A stretch of 63,843 nucleotides of DNA, counting the filler, from Vermamoeba vermiformis (Eukaryota), in the NCBI GenBank assembly GCA_045837725.1. It is 8 parts of 8 records of this genome, joined end to end, with 100 filler letters (N's around TTAATTAATTAA, not from the genome) between each part and the next. Parts side by side here need not be neighbours in the genome. Positions count along the whole stretch, not along the records: positions 10,371 to 19,259 come from JBEWZL010000020.1; positions 19,360 to 34,011 come from JBEWZL010000021.1; 6 more parts are not named here. The stretch is one strand, 5' to 3'. A program made the translations under genes and the position numbers. The notes under the pieces were generated by a model. It saw only the letters and a program-made list of their open reading frames with translations, was not told the DNA's origin and did not search any database. Below are positions 13,339 to 26,176 of this stretch, piece after piece. The stretch's first letter is position 1. Each line of letters opens with the position of its first letter.

Positions 13339-16300
13339 TTACTGGTATTCAACGGACTTATGATTGACCACGCTGTGTAAAAATTCGTGTTCTTGGTGCC
13401 AGGCCTCGCTTCTGAAGTTCACACGAATGTTGGGCAAACTCGTCTTCGACGGATCTTGCAACGCAAAAATTAACTTCCATATAAGGATATCTTATATTTA
13501 TAACGAAGCTTACCGTTGCCCTCGACACCTTCTTTCTCGTAGTGTTTGCCCAAGATATTAGTTTTGACGTCTTTGTCGAAACCAGAGTGCAAAACACTGT
13601 TGCGCGCAATTTCGGCCAAATCGCACGTAGAGAATTTCCACATCTAAATATGGTATTCAAAGTTAATAATCATCATAATCAAATTAAACGCATTCTGTAA
13701 CAATTTCAATAGTTTCGTAAAAAAAACTGCGAAGTTTTACCGGCTTAAAAATTTTTGTCGAGGGTTAGGGTTTGACTTTCGTTTTTAAAAAGTTTTTCCG
13801 TACCTGAGCAGCAATAGCGTATTCTTCAGCGACAGGATCGTTCGTGATGTGAATTTGCAGCGGGTTTTCAGTCGCTAAAGTGACAGCCAGACCTCGCTTG
13901 TAGAACTTCTCGAACGGATTTTTCTCGTAGTCGATCACGAGGTTATTGACGCTGAGTGGACTTATGAAAATTCCGATCTGTGCCAAATAATACAAATATT
14001 GAAGCGTCGATGATTTCGCCAAGTCAATGCCTTGCGAGATTTCTGCAAAGAACAAAAGTTAGACACGTGATTATTTCCTTATTTGGTATATAATCAAAGT
14101 CATTTTCGTACCATCGGCCAATAAGAATGAGATCATAACGTCAATAGGAATGCCCGAAGAAACTTCAAGGCTCAATCCGCTTTGAGGCACAAACTTGATC
14201 GTAGCTAAAAATGGAAATTAGACTAATTGCCATATATAGAAAAAGTGTCCGTACAAAGTCCCAAGTTCTTTCTGAATGAGTTCAATGACTGCAAATTAGC
14301 CCAAAAGTAGTACATCGTGTACGCGACAGAAGGGTTATCGTCGTTGATCCAGTCACGTGGCAAAACATTGCCTGAAATGATCGTGCGATGAGTCGAAGAG
14401 CTGTTGAGCTCGTGAGGGATCATAGAGATCGCTGAAATTTTGTGCATAACACGGGCCAAGGCTGGATGCGTTGAGGGATCTGTGCAGAAAATTCATTAGA
14501 TCCGAATCCACGATTGAGCCTCACTTACCTTGAGTGACTTCGAACAATGGTGCAAAGATGTCTAATAAGAGTATATTAGATATAAATCTGAGATAGAACG
14601 GTAGACTTACTGTCCAATTGTTCCTGGAATGAATGAACAGATCCGTTCATTTTTAGCGCTTTGTAGCCACGAGGAATTTCAATGACCCAGTTAATTTGCG
14701 ATGAATCCAAGCCATTAGTTACTACCCAATCGGCCAAGTCATCCCATTCACGACGATTTCTAAAAAAGGAAATAAAATGAGCGAGGTGAAGTTTGATACT
14801 TTCGATCGATCGTGACGAGTTTTACCTTCCCAAAAATGGCAATCTGTACTCGAACAAGTGATACGGCGTCTTCTTCTTCTTGCTCAACAACTCTCGCGCC
14901 AATTCACCGAAGTACTTGCCCTTGGAGAAGTTGTCGTACTTCAAGAACAAAGTCTGCAGCTCTCCAACTCCGAACGGATTAGTTTTCATTTCTAACGTGT
15001 CGTAGCGTTGGAAAGTGCCTTCAGCTTTGACATCAAGCGAATCTAACGTCAAATTTTCAAGCGTGATGCCCATGCCATCGAACACTTTTTGAAGTGTCAC
15101 AGGGTTATCGCCGTGCATGTACACGATATCCTAAAAAGGAAATATTGTAAGTACATCACGAGCACTTGCCTAATATAGTCATTGACTTACGTGAGGATGG
15201 TTCTTAATCTTGGTCTTGATGAACTTGAGCAAATGTTTGGCGACCATACCAGTGTTCAATCGAACGTTGTTATCAACCTTGTACATATGATAGTAGTCCA
15301 ACTTCAAGTTCTATATAAAAATGTTAATAAGCTTGCCGAGCACTACATATATTCCAATTATAGGTACCTTCATTGCGTCAGACTCGCGGCTACCGTTCAA
15401 CAAAGTATGGAACTCGAATCGATATTCCATCAATCGCATACGAATGTGAGACAACGTAGCTGCAAATATAAAAACGTTAATATAAAGTTACTAACTCACT
15501 TTTGAATAGTTTTTTCGTACCAGTAGGACCGCAATGGCATATCTCAACGATCTTATTGTAGTCGTGAATGAACTCGGCGTACTTTGGCAACACGATGAGT
15601 GCGGTGGGATCAACGAACGTTCTATCGCCAACAGTGATGCATTCACGCACGTAGTAAACACCTCCTTGCGATCTGAACGTATACTATTGAACAGTAACGA
15701 TTAGATCCGCTCCTATGAAAAATATGAAATTTCGTTACTTACGCCTGACGTGAAGCCAGGGCCTTCGACTTTAGCTTTAGTAATGATTGGCTGTTTGTAC
15801 TTTCGACGCAACTCTAATGCACTGGTCAAGCGGCGAGCGCCCAATTCTTCTTCATCAGTAACAGGACCTTATAATATTTACATTAGCTGCTGAAAAACTA
15901 CTTGATGAGATAAGGTAAGCTTACTTGGATGAGGACTTTTAACGACAATTTTGCCCAAAGCTTCAGTAGTCTCCATGCTAACTGAAATGTCACGAGGGCT
16001 CATTTGACCAGAAGTGCTGAATCTACGCGACAGATATTAAATCGGTGTTTTTTTCAGCGAACTTTTTTTGCGTACCTTTTGAGCACGTTGAGTTCCGATT
16101 GCAAAGTTTCGTAACGGTAGCAAATACGAATGTTAGGAATATTCGTGAACCGAATGTCATTGCCGTCAGATCCTTCTTTCTTGTAATTAGGTCCGAGCCA
16201 TCTCATCTTTTCAGAGTGCTCGAAACTCGATTGCAAGACACTGTTGCGTGCAATTTCTGACAAATCACAAACGCCCAACTTCCATCTTTGCGCTGCAATT

Positions 16301-18837
16301 GCGTACTCCTCGAGCAACGGATCCTCCGTGTAATGGAACTGAATGACAATAAGCAACGGGTGCTATATTAAAACGACATGAAAAGCGTACCTGAAGAGGG
16401 TCATCGGTTGACAATGACACGTTAAGACCTTTCTTGAAGAACCGTGCAAAAGGATTGTCCTTGTACTGCAAGAACAGTTGGTGGTTGCTGAGCGGACTAA
16501 CAGCGAGACCAATCTGCTTCAAGTAATACAAATATTGCAGCACTGGCGTCTTGGCCAAATTGATGCCGTGGTTAATGTGCTTGGCGACCAAGAAACTCGA
16601 GGCCAAATGGTCCAAGTCACCAGATTCACCGCAGTGAGGTCTGAAATCGAACGGTTTCATGCCACGAAGTCTTCGGAACTTGTTCAAAACCGTGATATTT
16701 GCCCAAAAATAGTAATTGTAGTACGCGTACGGTGGATTTTCTTCCGTGTTCCAATTCTCAGGGTAAACCTTCGCCGTACTATGAAATCACAGTTAGATTT
16801 TCATTCCCTACTCAAATAGGCTTACTTTTCGTCGAATTTACGCTCAGCTCTGCTTTCATCATCGACACTATCAAAGGCGCAAACATGAGTCAAAAACTTG
16901 TGGAGATCCGGATGCGAAGAAGGATCCCGGGTTACTTCGAACAACGGCATGAACATATCTGAGAAGATATTATTAGTGATTAATTCGACGATTGAAATCG
17001 TTATCTTACTTTCGAGCAGTTCTTGGAAGTGCTTCAAACCGACTTTCTTCAACACGAAGAAAATTCTCGGGAACTGAATGACCCAACGGTTGTGAGCTGA
17101 AAATAGATCGTTGTTCACGACCCACTTGGCCAATTCATCCCACTCGCTCGCCTTACGACCGTAGATCGATACACGGTACTCAGCCATTTGGTACTTGCTT
17201 TTCTCCATCTTCTTCAGGCACTCCTTTGTGATGTCAGCGTAATATTTGCCTTCAATCACATTGGCCGTCTTTAAGAAGACATCTCTTAGCTCGCCTTTGC
17301 CAAATGGATTGTACTTCATATTAAACTTGTCGAAGCGTTGGAACGTGTCACCAGCCTGTCCAAAACGTCAGATCCGGATCCAAATTTTTCAAATTTGCTT
17401 TGTTATGGATACTATGGTAGGGATATATGTACTTACGCGAGTCTCTAATGAGTCCAAAGTAAAGTACTCGGGGTTAATGTTAAGACGATTAAACAAGTCT
17501 TTCAAAGTTTCTTTCTTGCCGTCTTTGGTGACATTAACGATATCCTGCAACACATATAAATAACACTATAATGCTCGCAAATAATGATTTATACTCACAT
17601 CGGGACGCTCTTTAACAGTCTTCTTAATAAACTCCAATAGGTGCTTTGAAGTCATTGCAGCACTCAAATGAATGTGCGTGTCGACCTTGGTCACGGACTC
17701 GAAGTCTTTCGGATCCCACTAAAACATGAGGGATTAAGCAAATGAATAGTATTAATATATCTTATATATACTTACTTGTGATGCCAATTGTTCTCTCGAA
17801 TCGTTCAATAGAATGTGAAAATCGAATTTGAATTCCAAACTCTTCAAACGGAAGTACGAAAACGTCTTTGCAGGGCCAGTATTATCAGTTTCGACGACAC
17901 TAAATAATGAAATTTCAGCAAATTAAGAATACAAATAGAAAGCATAAAAAGCCTTACAATTTGTAGTCTTGCAAATAATCTTCGACACTAATGACCGGTG
18001 TAACGTCTATAAGACAGATTAATAACTTATAAAAGCATATTTTTATAGCATACCTGTTTCACCGTCAAATGCGTGTATAATACCGTTAATAGTCTTCATA
18101 GTGTGCTGCATTAAAATTTTTCAGTAAACGATCGGAGCACAAACGGCAATTCCGTTTGATTTAAAATTAAGATCATGATTGATATTAATACCTGTGATGC
18201 CGGCATGATAGGATCAAATGTTCCCAGCGTAAACATGCGATCTACGCACGGATTCTCTGCCTCGTACTTTGTTCGAAGTTGTAAACATTTTGTGATCAAA
18301 CGGCAGGCGGTTACGGCCTCCTCTGAAGGGGCAACTATAAAAATAAAATTAGAATAATTATTTAGTGCTCCGTTAGCAAACCCGGACCTCAAGAGCTAAA
18401 TCTGGAAAATTAAATCGGAAATTTATTTTTGAGGCGTTACTCCTTGATCTTTAATAAGACTTACCACTAGACTGAATAACGGCTCGAGGGAAATTGGTAT
18501 CATATCCTTTAGATAATTTTTCTATGAGCTGCTTCTTTTGCAAGATCTGCGAGACGGGTTTTTTCCACCAAGTATGCGAAGTTTTCAATGACTCATGTCC
18601 TTGCAAAACTGTGCCAGGGGCTGTATGATAAATATAATTATATTTTGGTCTAACTCGAAGGACTTAGAATTGTAGAATTTTATTTTTTCGGTAAATCTGG
18701 CTTAGCCAAGTAATTTGACCATTGTAGTATTATTACATAATCCACCTTTTGAGGAGAATCGATTTTTAGAATTTTTCTGATTACTTACCTTCCACAACGT
18801 TCGGATGGAGGGTGGGAAGCTCTCCTTGACTATCCAT
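13339..18837 (-). CDS. AMPD: AMP deaminase with two tandem deaminase domains (N-terminal canonical, C-terminal degenerate)
   Basis: Domain 1: [60 protein letters not shown]. Domain 2: [44 protein letters not shown]. Intron 16023-16075 joins them in frame. Many short introns. Confidence 0.92.
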
Positions 18838-19259
18838 CGTGCAAACTCACAGTAACAATAGTGTGCTTCCTAGGAGTTAAATGTAATATTATAATCGACC
18901 AAGAAAATCTCGCGGCCTGGAGAGGAGAGGTTTTTTTCTTTTTTAACTTGCCAGTTTCGTTGATCATAGCAACAAACAACAAAATGTCATTGTAGACCAA
19001 CAATCTCACTTCATAGAATTAACTTTGTTAATTTAAATGCGCATTAAGAAATGCAGTGAAAACCGAAGAAGTGTTAATTAAAACAAGACGCGTCTTCGTT
19101 TGATCTACACCCTAACCCTCTGTTGACAAAATCAAGAAAAATTTTATTACGGAAGTAAGTAATTTTACTGATTTCTTCGCTGGACAATTCATTTGATCAG
19201 ATGAGAAAAAATATTTCGAAAAGGAGTAATTTTGGCACGCCGTTAATTTTCCTTTAATA

Positions 19260-19359
19260 NNNNNNNNNNNNNNNNNNNNNNNNNNNNNNNNNNNNNNNNN
19301 NNNTTAATTAATTAANNNNNNNNNNNNNNNNNNNNNNNNNNNNNNNNNNNNNNNNNNNN
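19260..19359. other. Artificial contig linker
   Basis: N44-TTAATTAATTAA-N44. Confidence 0.98.
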
Positions 19360-19417
19360 GACTACTTTTATCTCCGTCACTGCACCGAGATTTGATCGCG
19401 TTTTGTTCGCGATCTTA

Positions 19418-19925
19418 AAGCCGCGCTGGAACGACGCTGAAAGTCGTTTGGCGCGTGTGTAATAACAATAAATTAACTATCTAAATAAACAAATCGACCC
19501 TTGTGGCCGATCTGTTGCGAATCCGAGATTCGCTACTGTCAATCCTCGAAATAACTCGCGCTGAACGGCCGTGTTGACCGTGGCGCGGCACTGTCTGCTG
19601 GTAATAAACAATAATAAATAAATGTAACGACCTTTGTGGTCGTTCTGTTGAATTACTGATGCGAAATAGCCCGTGCGCCATTTTCGCATCAGCTCTGATC
19701 CAAAATAGCTCGCGCTGGAACGGCTCTGACGCTGCGGCGCATTACTATCAGCTGTAATTACAACGTTGTAATACCAAAAAATAAATAAATCGACCCTTGT
19801 GGTCGATCTGTTAGCTAAAGTTTAAATCATGTCAAAACTGGCGCGTGCAATTTTGGAAATTCCAAATTATCCGCGCTGCAACGACGTTGGTGTCGCGGCA
19901 CGTAACTGCCAACTATAAAAAACAA
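19418..19925 (+). repeat. Array of ~135-160 bp structured repeats (ATCGACC-CTTGT-GGTCGAT hairpin plus CGCGC..GCGCG hairpin)
   Basis: Hairpin cores at ~19493, 19626 and 19790; companion (TAACT)CGCGCTG motifs at ~19422, 19552, 19707 and 19872. Confidence 0.85.
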
Positions 19926-20617
19926 TAAATCAACGCTCAATCGTCCGTTTTAGTTGACCTATTATGTTAACGATGACTTACCTCCTCGATCCGATCCAAT
20001 CAGCTGACGTCTTTTTAACTCTAGCGCTAAATTGAGCCTATTAGCAACAAATTAATTAATACCAATGAATTCAATCGTCAATTGACTGCGAGTAACGAGA
20101 ATCTCGTTAATCTCGCGGATTTAAGAATTGATCGGCGTTCGAATCTGACCTCGAACGCAACCAAAAATCAAATCGTTATTAAATCCTTTATTAGTACGTA
20201 CCTTGAATAATCTGAGAGCCATTAATTTGCCAAGATTCTTCAATGATCCGTCATTCCTAGTCGACGGATCGGCGCGACGATTTCTTGCTTTCTCCACCAC
20301 CAAGAATTTTGGCAATAATTTCGCGCGTTGTTTCTCGGCGGTCTGAAGCCAAAATAATAAATAAAAATTAATTGAGAGGTCTGGATCAAAATTTAAAGAT
20401 CCAGGGGCCCGTTGGCTCCCTCGGATCCCCGCGCTATTTATCGCTTACCTTGTCGCATTAACAAAATAATTAATATAGCCATATTAGCTCATTGTTTGAG
20501 CTATTGTTTCGCATTATCGCGAAATTGAACAGTGTTCGTTCGAGACAGTACTGTTCAATTTCGTTCCATTTTTTGCCATTAAATTCGGGGCGCCAAATTT
20601 TCCGGTTTTCCAGTCAT

Positions 20618-21543
20618 CAGGCGCCCCCCAGTGCTCCCCTAACCCTAAAATTTCGTGTCCGGTCTCTTCCCTCGCGTAAGTGAAGTCTTCCAGGACTGTC
20701 CCAGTGTACAAGCCATGGAAAACTAAAATAATTAATTAGTACACCATCAAATACAATTAAATTTACTTGCGTAGGTGAACATATAAAAGGATCGGAGCAA
20801 AAGTTCCGCGAGTACTTTGGGGATCTGGGTTGAATGTGCTATTTTGCCAGATCCCATTATCGTAGAAGAACTTCATTGTGCTCTTCACGTTCATGTCTCT
20901 GGATTCAGCTGTTAACACGTTAGTTAAATCGTGCTTTAACCGTAGCAGGAACTTACGATCTTTTTCTCGGCGCAACCGGCACCATTCTTGCACATCAACG
21001 ACAGTTTCACCAAGTCGGCGGCGCTTTGGTTGGCGCTCGTTGTCTGCCTGATCACTGCCACGCTTTCGGCGTGGGCGCTTTGGTGCATCTGTCAATTTAT
21101 TACTTACTAACATCGGCATTAATAAACTAACCAATACATACCACTACCCATTACTAGCTCCTCCTCATACAAGTTATCTTCAGTCGCAATACCTTCGTTG
21201 ACACTTAATTCTCTGGATTCAACTGCCAAAACTTAGCACAGAGTTTTAATTCGGTTTGGGCAACTTACCTTCATGTGACGATGATTTGTCAGTGCTAAAA
21301 CGATCTCGGTAAGTAATGGTGCTAATATTAACGTGTTTACTTACCTTTTAATCTGATCAGATTCACCGCTATCTTCATTTGAGGCGACACTTGCTCTGTA
21401 TTCAACGAATAAATAAAAAAAAGCAATAAAGAGCATTACTTACAATTCAATTCTCTCTCCATCGCTCGTAAAACTGGATGAACACTTAGCAACGACAAAA
21501 ATAATATCTAAATTAACCGAAATAAAAATAAAATGCATACCAT
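20618..21543 (-). CDS. Cluster gene D: hypothetical protein, acidic N-terminus and basic NLS-like patches
   Basis: ATG 21543-21541 is followed directly by an intron. Short exons splice in frame (MCSSSFTSDG..) into ORF 20763-21134 (PKRPRRKR, PKRRRL). Confidence 0.6.
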
Positions 21544-21868
21544 AATTCCGAGTCTATTGTGCGATTGTTATCTGTAATTAATAGCAATTATTAATGTTAT
21601 TGCCAAAGCTGCGCTAGATTTGATTTTTTGTAATGCAATAAAAATGTCACAAACAGCACAAAAAAGATTATTAAAACACTTACTTCTTTTATTATGAGCC
21701 ATTACAATAACTAACGGTCCGTGGTCACTTATTTGAAGTGATTGTTGCAATAAGTCAGGTTTTTTTCTGATCAAAAAAGTTCGCGTGTCGAGAACATCAC
21801 GCTATTGAAGGCCCACCACCACATTCCCACCTGCGAACTAATTTGCAGGCCCTTCAATGACGTTCAGG

Positions 21869-24800
21869 CTACTTGCCAAAGTATTGGCGATACTTCGATA
21901 CCCAAATCCCTTCATCCACGGGCAAGATCGGAGCGCGCCTTCCGGCTTGAGAGAATAACTGTGTGTCCAGCATATCTTCGATCTTCATGCCGTGGTACTT
22001 TATAGTAGCCTCGGGATTGGACTTGGTCAGGTGAAAGATGCAAACCGTGCGTAGTTCTGTCTTGTTCTTGCACTTCTGTACCAGCGGCGTTTGCTTGATT
22101 ACGTAGTCGATAATCTGACAACTCATTAGTAACGAAATGAGGTGAAATTGAACACCCACCTTAATTTTTGCTTCTAAGTCCAACATTGAGTCGCTTCTTA
22201 CTAGTATAGGCTGGCCTTCATCTCCGACAGTCATAATAGACGTAGGAGCAGCAAGCGTTGAAATGCGGACAAACTTGAAGATTCTAACGTCCGTGTCATT
22301 TTTGGGTGGTTTTCCCCAAAATGAATCGTTCGAGATGAGCGGGAACAACTTCAAACCAAGCTTCGCCAATAACTGCTCGATCTTCTTCTTCAAACCTCCG
22401 ACAGTGACAACAGCAGCAGCGGTGTTCTTGTTTGTCAAGTACTGAACGGTTTGAACTGCTTTTGTTTTTCCCACCTTAATGTTGTCGTTAAGCTGGGCTA
22501 TTACTTTCTTTTGCGCGAGTCGCCAGTGGTTGAAGTACTCGAGAGTAATCGGATAACGTTTGAAGCTGCGAGTGGCATCAGAAGGAAAGGCACTTTCACA
22601 CACACTCTCAAACGCGACAGTATCTCTAATTTTTACCTGTTGCAATAATTCGATTAATATTCATGCAAGTCGTGTGATAATACTTACAGTGCAGCCGGGG
22701 TGGCGAGTGTCGAACAAAGAGCGAAGCGCCTCACGTCCTCGACGCAAAGCATCGATAAATTGTTGCTTTTGTGTGGGACTACGGAAGCTGCCAGCGGTAC
22801 ATAGTGCAGCTAATAGCCCATTTACGAGATTGGCTGCAATAGTACCGCAAATCGACTTGTCTCGGGGAGTAACAAAGCCATCTTGAGGACGAAGACAAAG
22901 TCTAATTCTTGCACTAATGTCCATCATTTGTTCCTTATCTTTGACGTGTTGTGGGAACAGGCTGTGGAGAAATTTCGGAGGCAATGCAAGAATCAGGTCG
23001 TCTCCAGCCTGCAAGTCAGCAAGATCGGCCTCTTCAGCTTCACGGGCAGCGTCGTCAAGTGGTAACAGGCATTTAACTTGGTCGAAGTTGGAAGTAAATT
23101 CCACCAAGTCAGGCATGAAGTGTAGGCGACCATAAGTGAAGACGCTTTCTTTCAGTTTGTACCGGTTGAATAACTTTGGATGCGCTAATTGCAAGACCGC
23201 ACCGCTCCAGATAAATGTCAAGCAATCTTGAAGCAAAAAGGCGGCACGTAGCAAGTCGTCATTGTAATCCAGAGCGTCCAAATGGTGTGCTGATAATTTG
23301 TTAGTGTAAGACCTTAAATTGTGTTGTTGTATGCACCTTGGACGACATGATCCAAAAGGAGGTAGAAATACGTTCCAATGCTGTCGGTGAACTTCCGTGG
23401 GAATAAACACATCGTCTCGGTGAGCACAGTCTGAAGTGGGCTGCAGCGCATCATTTCTAACGGTATTAAGCCGCATTGATACAGAGCTTTCAACATATTG
23501 AATAGCTCAGTCAGCGTTTCCCCAAGCCTAGCCATTTCATGATACGCGTCAAGCAGTTGTTGCATAGTCGGATTTTGTAGAGTGATTTCAAGACGCGGTC
23601 CGTATGCCTTCTGAGGCATGATGGTTGAATAGTATTTTTCCGCTCGCTTCAACTCCTTTCGAGAATTAACGTCATTGATCTCTTCTTTAAGTCTAAGCAC
23701 ATTCATTAGGATACAATTAACAATAAATTATAATAATCAAACTTACCGAGAATGAAGTTTATCGGAGACTCTAACATCCGCTCCGATAAGTTGTTTGACT
23801 TTCTCAACCGGGAATGCTAGGACCGCATGATAAGAGTTCGAGAACGGAATTTGGTGTCGGAAATCCTCACTTCCTTTGTGATAAGCTTTGACACGCGCCA
23901 ACAACAAATGTTGTTTTGAGTACTCGATCATAGTACTGGTGCACGTGCCAATTCCAAAGTTGGGATATTCCGTGATTCTGCAGCAAGAGTAAGTTGAAAT
24001 TCGCTTAAGATTAACTACGCTTACTTAGGTTTTAAGTAGTCTTCGTCAAACTTGTTGCAACGAGCATGCTCAAAGATTGTTGTGTTGCGAGTCATTAGAC
24101 CTTTTAATGGCGAGTTGTGCATGTCAGCAAGAAGCGAGGTGAAGTTTCTGGTAAAGAACATTGTAACGTTGCTATCGTCCCCGCATCTGTACACAAAAGA
24201 ATTAGGACAAATGTCACGTGTCATAATGTCAATTCCTGACACGTGTCAAGAATTCTCAGATCACTTACTCTAAATCCAACCCAATATCTTGCATGAACAT
24301 CACTCTATTCCCTGGAGTGTGGTAGTAGACTTTGTCCATATCAAATAGATCGTTCAGCTTGTCGCTTAATTTGCTGATGTCATCGGCAGATGTTACTGGA
24401 TCTTTGCGGCCAAAGTGCTGGATGACAAATACTGGCTTGAATCTGTAAGCACGATTAGTATTTAATTAAATAATGGTGAAAAACCTTACTTGGGTTCTTT
24501 TTCGACAAGTTTTTTAATTCGGCGCTGAATGTGCCGAGTAGTTTCGGGTAAAATTCTTGTCGTTTCCCCTGGCCTTCTTTCTTCAGAGACTGCTACGAAG
24601 GGTAATGCGACTGGTGTGGTTCTGCCTTGTTCGGGAGCGTCTACAACACCTAATGGGAACAGTTAACAAGTTGAATTCAACGCTAAGTTTCCGTACCTTG
24701 ATATGCGCATTTCTCAAAAAACATTGTGATTGCTTCAACTGACCTTTCCCAAGGACAGTCCGGAAACACCGCAAATACGGGAATATTCCCGTCAACAAAT

Positions 24801-26109
24801 CTTGGCAATTAACATTAGTAAGTATCAGAATATGACTTCGAAAACTTACCCTATACCAATGCTGGGACAAGTGTGCAATGATTTGCCTTTGTAACGCATC
24901 TTGCAAGACTTTAAAAGGACATTGTGGTTCGGGCGAATTGACATTTCCCAAGAGCCACGAATAACCTTAAGGGTCTCACTGACGAAGCCGGTGAAGTCGA
25001 TATCCAAGCGAAAGCTTATTCTTGTATCTTTGGCTTCGGTGAAGTAGTAGTTGGGTCCATAGTAAGTGGTCGAAGTCAGCCAGTCAATGCTTTTGAAGTC
25101 ATCATCAAAATCTTCTTCTTCTTGAATAATTCTAGCACCTTCGATTAGGTGCTGCGTGAACAAATTCGTTTTCAAAGCCCCAACAGCCTGCGCATGACGA
25201 ATCTCGTCAAGCAAATTGACGTCGTAGACTGTGCGACCGTCATCGTCTTTTAAGTGATGTTCCCTAAGAAGTACTTCATTAATGACATGTACGACACGAT
25301 AACATTTACTTACTGGTCTAATTTTACCAGAAGCTGCATCTTTTCTTTTGTTGTCAGCGCATGGTAGTCTTTCCAGTTTGCGAGAATCGCTGCTGCACCA
25401 TCTCGTCGTAGCAACCGAAGCAACGAATAGTACTCGTCTGAAAGGGTTGCCGGGTCAACAGAAACTTCTTCTGAAGATGTCTCGAGTGGTGGCACGGGAT
25501 CGGCGCAAGCTGTTATAACATAAGTACCGTATTTAGCATTTTTTAACGAAAACCTTACCATCAGAATTGTACGAAATAGGTGACGAAGGAGGGGAACAAT
25601 CCGAAGACGAATAAGACCGCGGAGAAGATAATGGAGAAGGGGAACGAGACCTTGGAGATCGTGGAGATGGTGGGGATCGCGGAGAAGATAGTGGAGATCG
25701 CGGAGAAGACGGCGGAGACGGAGATCGTGGACGAGGACATGAACGTGAGGACAAAGGCGAGGGAGGTGTTCTAGGAGCCTTCCTTGAACCTAACTAATAG
25801 TTAAATCCAATGCGTCAGAAAAATAAAACAATAGTGCTTACGCTGGGACTTCGGCGTTACAAGCCAATCATTTACGTCCACTGAAGAGCCCAAAGACTCC
25901 TCATAGTTGGCGAGGTCTTCGTCAGTGGCTAGTTGCGTGGCTTCTTGGGTGAATTCTGAAAACGAGTCACCGGGGAAGTTATTCTCCTTTGAGTCAAGAT
26001 TGAAAGCAGAATGCAAAAGCTTATCAAATCTTTTTGTTGGAGAAAGAGCTTCTGTTTTTTTTATAAGTCAGTGTCCAGCGAAGCATTTATATATAAATGA
26101 ACTTACCAT
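21869..26109 (-). CDS. Cluster gene B: large multi-exon protein of unknown function
   Basis: Exons collinear with the homologue at 57941-61278: DIDFTGFVSETL, EYPNFG, KAYH, MPQKAYGPRLEITLQNP, YQCGLIPLEMMRCSP. SPR-rich N-terminus. ATG 26109-26107 followed by an intron. Confidence 0.8.
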
Positions 26110-26176
26110 CGATCGAGGAGTTGAGAAATTCGTTGTTGGTAATATCGCGAAGGCTAATGGAAGTCTACAAAATTGG

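Noticed and set aside
13761-13773. Short telomere-like motifs (also ~19110 and ~20637)
   Set aside because: Only about two units each; could be chance or telo-box-like sites and cannot be supported.
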